Origin: Chloroflexota bacterium
GTDB taxonomy: Bacteria; Chloroflexota; Limnocylindria; Limnocylindrales; CSP1-4
Direction of reading: 5' to 3'
Length of the DNA: 45,189 nt
NCBI GenBank assembly: GCA_045804885.1
Contig: JBJMMH010000091.1
Location: 1 to 45,189, forward strand
The position numbers and the translations under genes are program-made. Below the pieces are notes generated by a model that worked only from the letters and a program-made list of their open reading frames with translations, was not told where the DNA came from and ran no database searches. Every line of letters begins with the position of its first letter. Positions within the stretch are counted from its first letter, which is position 1. Positions 20,011 through 27,123 of the stretch are shown here, in pieces.

Positions 20011-20076
20011 AGTATCGATCCGGTCGCATCCCAACCGTCCGCGGACCGAGCGTTCGCTCGCTACGGTCGCGTGTCG
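20011..20076 (-). promoter_or_regulatory. Direct-repeat box + -10 (ABC operon)
   Basis: CGACAC-GCGAC-CGTAGC (20060-20076), 43 nt, GATACT (20011-20016). Confidence 0.5.
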
Positions 20077-20124
20077 GTCGGGCCGGGTCGGCCGCGGGGG
20101 GATGCCGACGCCGACTCCGCGCGC

Positions 20125-20190
20125 TGCAACGTGTGTGCGACCGACCCGCCACGCGCCGCCGACCGGCCGTCATCTGCACCCGGCGATCCT
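20125..20190 (+). promoter_or_regulatory. Direct-repeat box + -10 (TopIB, leaderless)
   Basis: TGCAAC-GTGTG-TGCGAC (20125-20141), 43 nt, GATCCT (20185-20190), 6 nt, GTG. Confidence 0.65.
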
Positions 20191-20196
20191 CCGCGG

Positions 20197-21372
20197 GTGA
20201 ACGACATCGAGCTGGCGCGACCGCGGCTCCGCCACTCCACCGACGCCCGGCCCGGAATCCGTCGCCGCCGCCAGGGCCGAGCGTTCGTCTACCTCGACCC
20301 CGAGGGGCGGCGCGTCATCGACGACGAGACGCTCGCGCGGATCAAGTCGCTCGCCATCCCGCCGGCCTGGGAGGACGTATGGATCTGCCCCGACCCGCTC
20401 GGCCATCTCCAGGCGACGGGCCGCGACGCGCGAGGCCGGAAGGTCTACCGCTACCATCCCCGGTTTCGCGAGCGGCGGGAGTCCGCCAAGTACGAGCGCC
20501 TCGTCGCATTCGCGCGGGCGCTGCCGGCGATCCGGCGCCAGGTCGACCGCGATCTCCGACGACCGGGCCTGCCCCGGGAGAAGGTCCTCGCCGCAGTCGT
20601 TCGGCTCCTCGAGCTCACGTTGATACGCGTGGGCAACGACGAATACGCGCGGCTCAACCGGTCGTTCGGGCTCACGACGCTCCGCGACCGACACGCGACG
20701 ATTCGCGGCTCGTCGGTTCGTTTCCGCTTCCGCGGGAAGTCGGGCGTCATCCATGAGGTCGGGCTGCGCGACCGGCGGCTGGCAACCGTCGTCCGGCGAT
20801 GCCGCGACCTGCCCGGCCAGGAGCTATTCCAGTACGTCGGCGACGACGGCGAGCCGGTCGATATCGTGAGCGACGACGTCAACGATTACCTACGCGCGAT
20901 CGCGCCGGACGTGACTGCGAAGGACTTCCGGACCTGGGCCGGGACTGTCCTCGCGTACCGCGCGCTGCGCGCGCTCGACGAGCCAGCCACCGATCGGGAG
21001 GCGAAGAGCAACGTCGTCGCCGCGATCCGGGACACCGCCGACCAGCTCGGCAACACGTCGGCCGTGTGCCGCCGCTCGTACGTCCACCCGATCGTCGTTG
21101 AGGCCTACCTCGACCCGCGGCTTCGGGGCGCGCTGCTCGGCGCCGCGGAGGCGAGCGGCGGCTCACCCAAGGCGATCACGCCCCGGGAGGAGCGGGCCGT
21201 GATCCGGCTTCTGGAGCGGCGGCTCGCCAGCGATGCCGCCAGGACGCGCGGTCGGACTTCGCAGCGGGAGCGCCGGAAGGCGACGGCCGCCGCGGCCAAG
21301 GCGACAGACGCGGCGCGAGCCGCACGTTCGGCGGCGAAGGGATCGGCCCGAAGTCAGTCTGCGTCGGCGTAG
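20197..21372 (+). CDS. Bacterial DNA topoisomerase IB (poxvirus-like)
   Basis: Motifs IPPAWEDVWI, GHLQATGRDARGRKVYRYH, IRVGN, FRGKSG, KDFRTW, LGNT.AVCRRSYVHP (catalytic Tyr). Basic C-terminal tail. Confidence 0.95.
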   Translation: MNDIELARPRLRHSTDARPGIRRRRQGRAFVYLDPEGRRVIDDETLARIKSLAIPPAWEDVWICPDPLGHLQATGRDARGRKVYRYHPRFRERRESAKYERLVAFARALPAIRRQVDRDLRRPGLPREKVLAAVVRLLELTLIRVGNDEYARLNRSFGLTTLRDRHATIRGSSVRFRFRGKSGVIHEVGLRDRRLATVVRRCRDLPGQELFQYVGDDGEPVDIVSDDVNDYLRAIAPDVTAKDFRTWAGTVLAYRALRALDEPATDREAKSNVVAAIRDTADQLGNTSAVCRRSYVHPIVVEAYLDPRLRGALLGAAEASGGSPKAITPREERAVIRLLERRLASDAARTRGRTSQRERRKATAAAAKATDAARAARSAAKGSARSQSASA

Positions 21373-22442
21373 GCCGGGAGCGCGAACCCGAGCTCCGCCC
21401 CGCCGTCGGGCCGCGGCCTGGCCCAGACGCGGCCCCCCATCGCCTCGATGAGCCGGCGCACGACGAACAACGGGATCCCGAGTCGGAGCCGCCGCGGCGC
21501 TGTCGGCTCGTCGACCAGCGTGAAGCTCATCGACAGCTCCGCGCTCGATGCGTCGGGCCGGCGGTCGAGGACCCGGACGGCCACTTCCTGATCGCCGGGC
21601 TCGATTCGGACGATGACCGGGACACCGGGCGCACCGAACCTCGTGGCCGACGCGATCAGGTTCCGGACCGCGTGCTCGACGTGATCGGCGTCACCCCGGA
21701 CGACCGGCGGGTCGATCGCCCCCGCGACGATCAGCGGGACATCCGGACCGCGGGCGGACACGGTCCTGATCGCGGCGTCCACAACGCGCGGGAGGGACAC
21801 CGGTTCGCCAGCCGAGTCGACGAGCTCGCGCTCGACCCGGGTCAGCGCGAGCAGGTCCTCGACGAGATCGTAGAGGCGCGCCGCCTCGACGCTGATGTCC
21901 ACGGCAATCTGGTCGGCGGGTGGCGAGCCGCGGCGGATCTTCCGCGCGAGCAGGCGGCTGCCGGCGTAGATCGTCGTGATCGGTGTCCGGAGCTCGTGCG
22001 ACAGAATCGAGAGGTAGGCAGCGCGCTCGGCGGACTGCTGCTCGGATCCCGTGACGTCCCGCAGGACGAGGATGCGACCTTGGCTATGGCCGGACCGGCC
22101 AAGTGGCACCGAGCGCAGCTCGAACCAGCGGTTCGGCGTCCTGGTCGGCCGGACGAGGAGCGTGCCCTCCGTTGGCGAGCCCGCGGGGAGCGGCTCGAAT
22201 CGCGACATCAGATCGCGGTGATCCGTGATCGTCCGGCCCTGGAAGAGCCGGTCCACCGCCGGGTTGGCGAACCGGACGCGGCCCTCGGCGTCGAAGACGA
22301 GGACTGCCTCGGGGACCGCGTCGAGGACGGCGCGGAGCTCCGCGAGCGAGCCCGACGCCGACTCCGAGGGCGCCGCCGCGGATCGAGGCGCGACGCGTCG
22401 CCGGCTTCCCCCTTGGCTCTTCGTCGAGCCGGGCTGCTGCAT
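21354..22442 (-). CDS. PAS + HisKA histidine kinase-like protein with degenerate ATPase domain
   Basis: PAS domain and H-box SHELRTP present. N-box reads NLIASA, G1 reads DRRPD, G2 reads LRLGIP. Confidence 0.85.
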   Translation of the reverse strand: MQQPGSTKSQGGSRRRVAPRSAAAPSESASGSLAELRAVLDAVPEAVLVFDAEGRVRFANPAVDRLFQGRTITDHRDLMSRFEPLPAGSPTEGTLLVRPTRTPNRWFELRSVPLGRSGHSQGRILVLRDVTGSEQQSAERAAYLSILSHELRTPITTIYAGSRLLARKIRRGSPPADQIAVDISVEAARLYDLVEDLLALTRVERELVDSAGEPVSLPRVVDAAIRTVSARGPDVPLIVAGAIDPPVVRGDADHVEHAVRNLIASATRFGAPGVPVIVRIEPGDQEVAVRVLDRRPDASSAELSMSFTLVDEPTAPRRLRLGIPLFVVRRLIEAMGGRVWARPRPDGGAELGFALPAYADAD

Positions 22443-22476
22443 CTCCGTGGAGCTCCTTCGGTCCCTGATTGCGCTC

Positions 22477-22542
22477 AGGATCGCCGCCGAGGCGCTGACG
22501 CGACGAACCCTGATGCCGAGCGTGTGTTTCGGCGGCGTGGCA
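22477..22542 (-). promoter_or_regulatory. Direct-repeat box + -10 (degenerate kinase)
   Basis: TGCCAC-GCCGC-CGAAAC (22526-22542), 43 nt, GATCCT (22477-22482). Confidence 0.55.
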
Positions 22543-22559
22543 GGTGCGCGGCCAGACGG

Positions 22560-22624
22560 TGTAACGCCGCTGTGATTGCGGTGCTCTGAGCGTAGCGCCG
22601 GCCGTCGCGAGCGTGGCTCACGCT
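22560..22624 (+). promoter_or_regulatory. Direct-repeat box + -10 (hemerythrin operon)
   Basis: TGTAAC-GCCGC-TGTGAT (22560-22576), 42 nt, CACGCT (22619-22624). Confidence 0.7.
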
Positions 22625-22664
22625 ACGCCACCTGATCCCCGAAACGCACCGCAGCGAGGACGCC

Positions 22665-23123
22665 ATGAACGCCATCACCATGCTCACCGACGACCACCGC
22701 GCCGTGAAGCGGCTCCTCGAGGAGATCGAGTCGACAACGGAGCGGGGCGTCAAGACCCGCCAGGAGCTCTTCGGTCGGGTCAAGGAGATGCTGATGGTCC
22801 ACGAGATCATCGAGGAGGAGATCTTCTACCCGGCGATGCGCGACCATCCCAAGGCGAAGGACATGGTCCTGGAGGCCTACGAGGAGCACAACGTCGTCGA
22901 CACGATCCTCACCGAGCTCGACCAGACGCCGCCCGACGACGAGACCTGGGGCGCCAAGGCGACGGTGATGGCGGAGAACCTCCGCCACCACATCGACGAA
23001 GAGGAAAACGAGATGTTCCCGACGGCGCGCAAGCTCTTCGAGGAGGCCGAGCTGAAGGAGCTCGGCGAGAAGATGGCGGCGCGCCGCGGGACCGCCCAGC
23101 GGGAGGTTGCCGTCGCCCGCTGA
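22665..23123 (+). CDS. Hemerythrin-like HHE cation-binding protein
   Basis: Motifs DDH, HEIIEEEIFYP, EEH, HHIDEEENEMFP. Confidence 0.92.
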   Translation: MNAITMLTDDHRAVKRLLEEIESTTERGVKTRQELFGRVKEMLMVHEIIEEEIFYPAMRDHPKAKDMVLEAYEEHNVVDTILTELDQTPPDDETWGAKATVMAENLRHHIDEEENEMFPTARKLFEEAELKELGEKMAARRGTAQREVAVAR

Positions 23124-23164
23124 GGCGCGGCTGAACCGCGGGGGCTGACCCAGGCGGGAGGCGC

Positions 23165-23707
23165 ATGGAGGCGCTCGGCGAAGCGATCGGCGACGCCCTC
23201 GCGACCATCGTCGGCGATCCCGTCGCAGGGCTTCTGCTGCGGTTAGCGGCGGCCTACTGGATCCTGATCTGGCTGGCAGCCGCCCTATGGGCCTTCGTCG
23301 ACACCCGGCGCCGCACGACCAGTCTGGTGGCGGCCTACGGCTCCGCGGCCCTCGTGATCCTGGCCACGCCGCTACTGTTTCCGGCGGCGCTCCTGGTCCA
23401 CGTTGTCCTCCGGCCGGAAGGGTTCGCCGCCGATCGCCGGGTCGACGACCTGCGGCTTGCCGCGCTCTCGGAGGAGGGCGGACCTCGCTGTCCCGGCTGC
23501 GAGCGGGCGATCGACGACGAGTGGCTCGTCTGCCCGACGTGCCGCCGTCAGCTGGCGCACCGGTGCCACTCGTGCGGCGGGTCGATCGGACTTGACTGGA
23601 CGGTCTGCGGCTGGTGCGGTGCCGAGCTCGACGGCACCACGTTCCCAGCCCGAGGCGTGAATCGCCGCGTGCCGGGCTCGCGGGGGCCGGACCGGATCCG
23701 CGCCTGA
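23165..23707 (+). CDS. Membrane protein with C-terminal double zinc ribbon
   Basis: TM helices, then CPGC, CPTC, CHSC, CGWC. GGAGG SD. Confidence 0.85.
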   Translation: MEALGEAIGDALATIVGDPVAGLLLRLAAAYWILIWLAAALWAFVDTRRRTTSLVAAYGSAALVILATPLLFPAALLVHVVLRPEGFAADRRVDDLRLAALSEEGGPRCPGCERAIDDEWLVCPTCRRQLAHRCHSCGGSIGLDWTVCGWCGAELDGTTFPARGVNRRVPGSRGPDRIRA

Positions 23708-23727
23708 CGTCGGCTGCCGCGCCTCGT

Positions 23728-23766
23728 AAATGAAACGCCCCGTCGGCGGTGCCGGCGGGGCGAATT
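23728..23766. terminator. Terminator hairpin between convergent genes
   Basis: CGCCCCGTCGGC-GGT-GCCGGCGGGGCG. Minus-strand tail TTTCATTT. Confidence 0.7.
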
Positions 23767-23781
23767 CCGTTGTGCTTGGCG

Positions 23782-23988
23782 TCAGACCGGGCGGTCCTCG
23801 GCGTCGTCAGTGTGGCGACGGACGTCGTCGCCGGCGTTGCCGAGCTCGTTGCGAATGTCATCGCCGAGATTGGCAACCTTGTCGGAGGCGCTCTCCTCGC
23901 CGTCCGCCTTGCGCCAAGTCTCCTTGGCCTTCTCGTCGGCTTCTCGCATGGCCTTCTTGGTGTCGGCCTTCGCGTCTTCCCATCCCAT
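23782..23988 (-). CDS. Small hydrophilic CsbD/LEA-like stress protein
   Basis: 68-aa Lys/Asp/Glu/Ala-rich helical protein (MGWEDAKADTKKAMREADEKAKE...). AGGAG SD. Family call rests on composition only. Confidence 0.7.
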   Translation of the reverse strand: MGWEDAKADTKKAMREADEKAKETWRKADGEESASDKVANLGDDIRNELGNAGDDVRRHTDDAEDRPV

Positions 23989-24028
23989 GGTCAATCTCCT
24001 ACTCGAGGGGTGACGACCCCTTAAGCCG

Positions 24029-24094
24029 ACCGTACGGGGCGGACCCTGCGCGTGGCCTCGCGAGATCGGAGGCGCGAATGTCAGCGCGCTTGCA
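24029..24094 (-). promoter_or_regulatory. Direct-repeat box + -10 (CsbD-like gene)
   Basis: TGCAAG-CGCGC-TGACAT (24078-24094), 43 nt, TACGGT (24029-24034). Confidence 0.7.
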
Positions 24095-24104
24095 GACGAG
24101 CGGC

Positions 24105-24170
24105 TGTCACGCGCCTGCAATCGGCTGCCGTCGCGGCTACGGATAGGTGCCGCGAGCACCGGCCTACGGT
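24105..24170 (+). promoter_or_regulatory. Direct-repeat box + -10 (gene at 24221)
   Basis: TGTCAC-GCGCC-TGCAAT (24105-24121), 43 nt, TACGGT (24165-24170). Confidence 0.75.
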
Positions 24171-24220
24171 CAGCCCGTACTCCCGCACAACACCGATTGC
24201 GATGCTAGGAGGAAGGAACG

Positions 24221-24619
24221 ATGGCTGTCAGTCAGAGCGGGGAATCGACCAGGGGGGATGCCGACAACGCCGCACGCGACGTCGCCGGCGCCACCCGAGA
24301 CATGGCGAACGACGTCGCCGACAAGGCGAGTGCGGTCGCGGCCCGCCTGCCCGAGGCGGCGGCGACAACACGGAGCGCCGTCGAAGAGGCGACTCGCCGA
24401 ATGGAATCGGGCTCGGACGAGGCCCTGGCCGTCGGGGCGTCGCTGTCGGTCGGGCTCGCGCTCGGCCTTCTGATCGGCGGCGCCAATCGGCTGCTCGTCG
24501 TCCTGACCCTCGTCCCGGCGACGGCGATGACCTTCACGCTCCTCGACCGGTATGCAGGTGGACGGTTGTCCGGCAGCGGATCCTCGACCAGCTCACGTCG
24601 GAGCACGAGCAGCAGCTGA
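24221..24619 (+). CDS. Hypothetical protein, amphipathic helix + C-terminal membrane anchor (ElaB/YqjD-like architecture)
   Basis: Ala-rich helical repeats followed by hydrophobic segments. AGGAGG SD. Confidence 0.75.
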   Translation: MAVSQSGESTRGDADNAARDVAGATRDMANDVADKASAVAARLPEAAATTRSAVEEATRRMESGSDEALAVGASLSVGLALGLLIGGANRLLVVLTLVPATAMTFTLLDRYAGGRLSGSGSSTSSRRSTSSS

Positions 24620-24629
24620 GGCCCATCAC

Positions 24630-24836
24630 GAAGCCGACCCCCCGCCCGGACAAGGCGGAGGGTCGGCTTTTTCTTGTGTCACGCGCCGGATCCGGCGGAA
24701 CAGGCTCTGGACGCGCGGAACGCCCGGAGGAGGGGGCTCCGGGCGTCCGCGAGGATCGGGGTGGGTGACGCCCCGTCACAAGCGTCCCCACGCGGGGTTG
24801 ATCGAGAGTGGCACGGCCGTGACGTGTCGACCGAGC
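24630..24836 (-). ncRNA. Candidate small RNA A (~200 nt)
   Basis: Lies downstream of box 24893-24909 and TACGAT. No credible ORF. Strong hairpin with a CCCCCUC loop; ends at the hairpin 24631-24670. Confidence 0.45.
24631..24675. terminator. Terminator hairpin, potentially bidirectional
   Basis: AAGCCGACCCCCCGCC...GGCGGAGGGTCGGCTT, followed by TTTCTT on the + strand. Confidence 0.8.
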
Positions 24837-24842
24837 GCGCTC

Positions 24843-24909
24843 ATCGTACGGCTGACGCCTCGCCTGTCAGCCTCTCGCGAGCCCGTCCCGACATTACAAC
24901 GACATTGCG
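24843..24909 (-). promoter_or_regulatory. Direct-repeat box + -10 with no downstream ORF
   Basis: CGCAAT-GTCGT-TGTAAT (24893-24909), 44 nt, TACGAT (24843-24848). Confidence 0.7.
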
Positions 24910-24944
24910 GTCTGGCTCACTTCAATCGTGCCGTGGCCGGAATC

Positions 24945-25022
24945 AAAAGGCCCCGACCGACCGGGACCGGGAACCCTGGGTACGTCAGTGGGCTCCCGGA
25001 CCCCCAGTGGTCGGGAGCCCAC
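24945..25022 (-). ncRNA. Candidate small RNA B (~78 nt)
   Basis: Starts at the base of a long stem GUGGGCUCCCGACC-ACUGGG-GGUCCGGGAGCCCAC. A linker follows, then a GU-rich hairpin and UUUU. Confidence 0.5.
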
Positions 25023-25027
25023 AATTG

Positions 25028-25093
25028 AGTTTGCCCCGCGCCCCGTGTCGCCGATGCATCCGGCTGAGCCGGTGGAGTTGCAGAGGCGTGCCG
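25028..25093 (-). promoter_or_regulatory. Direct-repeat box + -10 with no downstream ORF
   Basis: CGGCAC-GCCTC-TGCAAC (25077-25093), 43 nt, CAAACT (25028-25033). Confidence 0.6.
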
Positions 25094-25117
25094 CTGGGGG
25101 AGCCCACGGCGTGGGCG

Positions 25118-25471
25118 TCAGCCCATGGCCTCGCGGCTCAGGATCTCGAGCACTGCGGCCGCGAGGTCGCGGGCGTCGGCGTCGCACCGCGGCGTGGGTC
25201 TCGGCGACGGTGCTGGCCGCGGCCCGACGAGCAGCGACTGGAGCGGCGGACGGCGGTCGGCGCAGAGTTCCGGGTCGGCGGTCAGCAGCCATGAGCCCGC
25301 CGTGGGTGCCTCCGGCAGCGCGTCGACGCTGCCGATCGACGGCTCGTCCGTCATGGTGCCCGGCAGCTCGCCGACGACGATCACTCGATGGCCGGTGTCC
25401 GTCAGGTGACGCAGCTGATCGGCCGCGTCCGGCATTCCGGCCGCGATCGGGTCCAGGTAGATGTCTGTCAT
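25118..25471 (-). CDS. Small hypothetical protein, possibly a degenerate HAD-like fold
   Basis: 117 aa. Segments PDAADQL..L...GHRVIVV, SWLLTAD, SLLVG and DARDLAAAV recall the HAD core. Leaderless ATG. Confidence 0.7.
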   Translation of the reverse strand: MTDIYLDPIAAGMPDAADQLRHLTDTGHRVIVVGELPGTMTDEPSIGSVDALPEAPTAGSWLLTADPELCADRRPPLQSLLVGPRPAPSPRPTPRCDADARDLAAAVLEILSREAMG

Positions 25472-25478
25472 GGACCGA

Positions 25479-25543
25479 AGCCTACCGTCCGCCGTGCGCT
25501 CTCAGAGTCCACGGCGTGCGTCGCCTCTTGCAGTCCTCCGGCA
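25479..25543 (-). promoter_or_regulatory. Direct-repeat box + -10 (leaderless gene at 25471)
   Basis: TGCCGG-AGGAC-TGCAAG (25527-25543), 42 nt, TAGGCT (25479-25484), 7 nt, ATG. Confidence 0.55.
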
Positions 25544-25558
25544 GTGGCCGGCCGAATC

Positions 25559-25590
25559 AAAACGCCCACCGGGGTCCGGTGGGCGTTTCT
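25559..25590. terminator. Intrinsic terminator after the GlsB-like gene
   Basis: Perfect stem AAACGCCCACCGG-GGT-CCGGTGGGCGTTT with T-tails on both strands. Confidence 0.85.
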
Positions 25591-25637
25591 CGGAGGCGTC
25601 GGGCGGGTGCCCGACGGTTCGTCGCTTGGTACGTCGC

Positions 25638-25919
25638 TTAGACCGCGCCGCGACCCGTCCGGGTCGAACCGGTCACGAGATTCACGACGACGACCGTGAC
25701 GATCGCGCCGATCGTCGCGACCACGATCGAGCTGATGTCAAGCGGACCGTCGATCGGGTTCGTGTTGAACAGGACGCCCGCCAGGAAGCCACCGACGAGA
25801 GCGCCGATGATCCCGAGGACGATGTGGCCGATGACGCCGAGGCCCTCGTCACCGCGGACGAGGAAGCCAGCCAGGTAACCGGCAATGGCGCCGAGGACAA
25901 TCCAGGCAATGATACTCAT
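25638..25919 (-). CDS. GlsB/YeaQ/YmgE family (transglycosylase-associated) stress membrane protein
   Basis: MSIIAWIVLGAIAGYLA...IVLGIIGALVGG...SIVVATIGA. Confidence 0.92.
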   Translation of the reverse strand: MSIIAWIVLGAIAGYLAGFLVRGDEGLGVIGHIVLGIIGALVGGFLAGVLFNTNPIDGPLDISSIVVATIGAIVTVVVVNLVTGSTRTGRGAV

Positions 25920-25976
25920 CTACTTTCCTACCTCCATCCCCTTGCGTGGTGGTCAGCCCTATCGGGCCGTGTAGGC

Positions 25977-26042
25977 ACTGTCGCTGGCTGGCCTAGGCCG
26001 TCCGGCAACGTCGGACCGGATTCCCGTATCAATGGCGTGAAA
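25977..26042 (-). promoter_or_regulatory. Degenerate direct-repeat box + -10 (GlsB-like gene)
   Basis: TTTCAC-GCCAT-TGATAC (26026-26042), 43 nt, GACAGT (25977-25982). TGATACGGG is shared with the 15656 box. Confidence 0.45.
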
Positions 26043-26177
26043 GGCCGACTGCGGCTCGAGGGAGCGACGCGTCGCCATTTCCTTGCCCGGGCCGACCGCG
26101 CCCGCCCGACGCGCGATCGTGCGATTGGAGTCGGTCTTCACGGGCGAGCTGTCGCACTGACATTGCGAAACGATCCG

Positions 26178-26244
26178 TGCAACTGGGCTGCAATGACAAA
26201 GCCCCGTTCGCGGTATGGCTCCGCACATGCCCCGTCAACAGGAT
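26178..26244 (+). promoter_or_regulatory. Direct-repeat box + -10 (gene at 26289)
   Basis: TGCAAC-TGGGC-TGCAAT (26178-26194), 44 nt, CAGGAT (26239-26244). Confidence 0.7.
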
Positions 26245-26288
26245 GTCGGCCACCGGTCGATCCGTCGCCGGCCACTTGGAGAATCCTG

Positions 26289-26531
26289 ATGGCAGCGATC
26301 CCGCTGATCGGGAACGACCCGATCGAAGACCACGAGACGAGCAGACGGGAAGTCGATGTCGGTCGCACCGCGCTCCGACTCCAGCTCAGCGGGCTGACGC
26401 TTGCCGAGGCCTCGAACCTGACGGCCCACCTGGCCGGACTGCCACCGGCGCGGACGGGCTGGAGCCTCCGCCAGGTCGAGCACCTGATGTTCCTCCGATC
26501 GATCGTCGAGACCGGACGCCTCTCGCCGTAA
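26289..26531 (+). CDS. Small hypothetical helical protein (80 aa)
   Basis: GGAG SD and GC3-rich codons. GLTLAEASNLTAHLAGL...WSLRQVEHLMFLR. Confidence 0.7.
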   Translation: MAAIPLIGNDPIEDHETSRREVDVGRTALRLQLSGLTLAEASNLTAHLAGLPPARTGWSLRQVEHLMFLRSIVETGRLSP

Positions 26532-26587
26532 TCCGCCCGCCCGGCGCGCGACGTCGTCGACGCCCGCATCCCGAATCCCACTTCCCG

Positions 26588-26652
26588 TGTCATGCCGGTG
26601 TAATGACGACGGCCCGAAATGCATCTCTCGTGTGACTCCCGCCGCCCACACT
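26588..26652 (+). promoter_or_regulatory. Direct-repeat box + -10 with no credible downstream ORF
   Basis: TGTCAT-GCCGG-TGTAAT (26588-26604), 42 nt, CACACT (26647-26652). Confidence 0.7.
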
Positions 26653-26658
26653 AACGGC

Positions 26659-26848
26659 GGCTCCACCGTTGGGATCCCGGATCCGAGACGACGGCTGGGG
26701 ACCTAGGGGGCACGGCGCGGCCGGGGAGCGGGCCGACGCCGCACCCGATGCGGCGTCGGTCGGGGCGAGACATCCCAACCACCGACGCCGCATCTGGTTC
26801 TCCGGACAAGGAATGACCCCCGGGCGTCCGACGCCCGGGGGTCGTTGA
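26659..26848 (+). ncRNA. Candidate small RNA C (~190 nt)
   Basis: Lies downstream of the 26588 box. Has alternative 12/14-bp pairings and an 8-bp long-range pairing; ends at the hairpin 26815-26843. Confidence 0.45.
26813..26846. terminator. Strong hairpin between convergent units
   Basis: GACCCCCGGGCGTC-C-GACGCCCGGGGGTC. Confidence 0.7.
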
Positions 26849-26866
26849 CTACGCGCTCGTTCGGAA

Positions 26867-27046
26867 TTACGACGAGCTCGGGCTCGGCATGCTGCTGCTG
26901 CTGGGGCTCGCGGCCGGGCTCGCCAGGGTCGGCGCGGACGGGCTCGACACTGTCGGCGCCTGCGGGCTCGTCGTGGCGGCCGGCGACGTGCACGCGGCCG
27001 CGATCGCGCCGAGGAGCGCAAGGACAAGGACTGTTCGCTTGATCAT
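26867..27046 (-). CDS. Small Ser/Pro/Thr-rich lipoprotein (59 aa)
   Basis: Lipobox-type signal MIKRTVLVLALLGAIAAA|C and a disordered mature part. GGAGG SD. Confidence 0.75.
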   Translation of the reverse strand: MIKRTVLVLALLGAIAAACTSPAATTSPQAPTVSSPSAPTLASPAASPSSSSMPSPSSS

Positions 27047-27123
27047 TCGGGGACCTCCGGTGGAGAAGTGGCCGGAGCGGCGCCGGCGCTTGATCGGCGG
27101 TGGTCGGAAACCCACCGCGAACG

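Noticed and set aside
20197-21372. Tyrosine recombinase / integrase marking a mobile island
   Set aside because: The motifs are those of TopIB. I saw no att sites, tRNA, transposase or obvious compositional shift.
24534-25294. ORFs predicted across the 24.6-25.1 kb intergenic region
   Set aside because: Low-complexity translations with no SD that cross strong terminators. An RNA interpretation fits better.
24933-25567. Similar strings GTGGCCGG(CC)GAATCAAAA.GCCC at 24933 and 25544
   Set aside because: Only two short copies, both at terminator tails. Not enough to call a repeat family.
26116-26178. Single CGCAAT half-site on the minus strand near CACGAT
   Set aside because: The partner half-site is poor and the spacing is 40 nt, so it was not counted.
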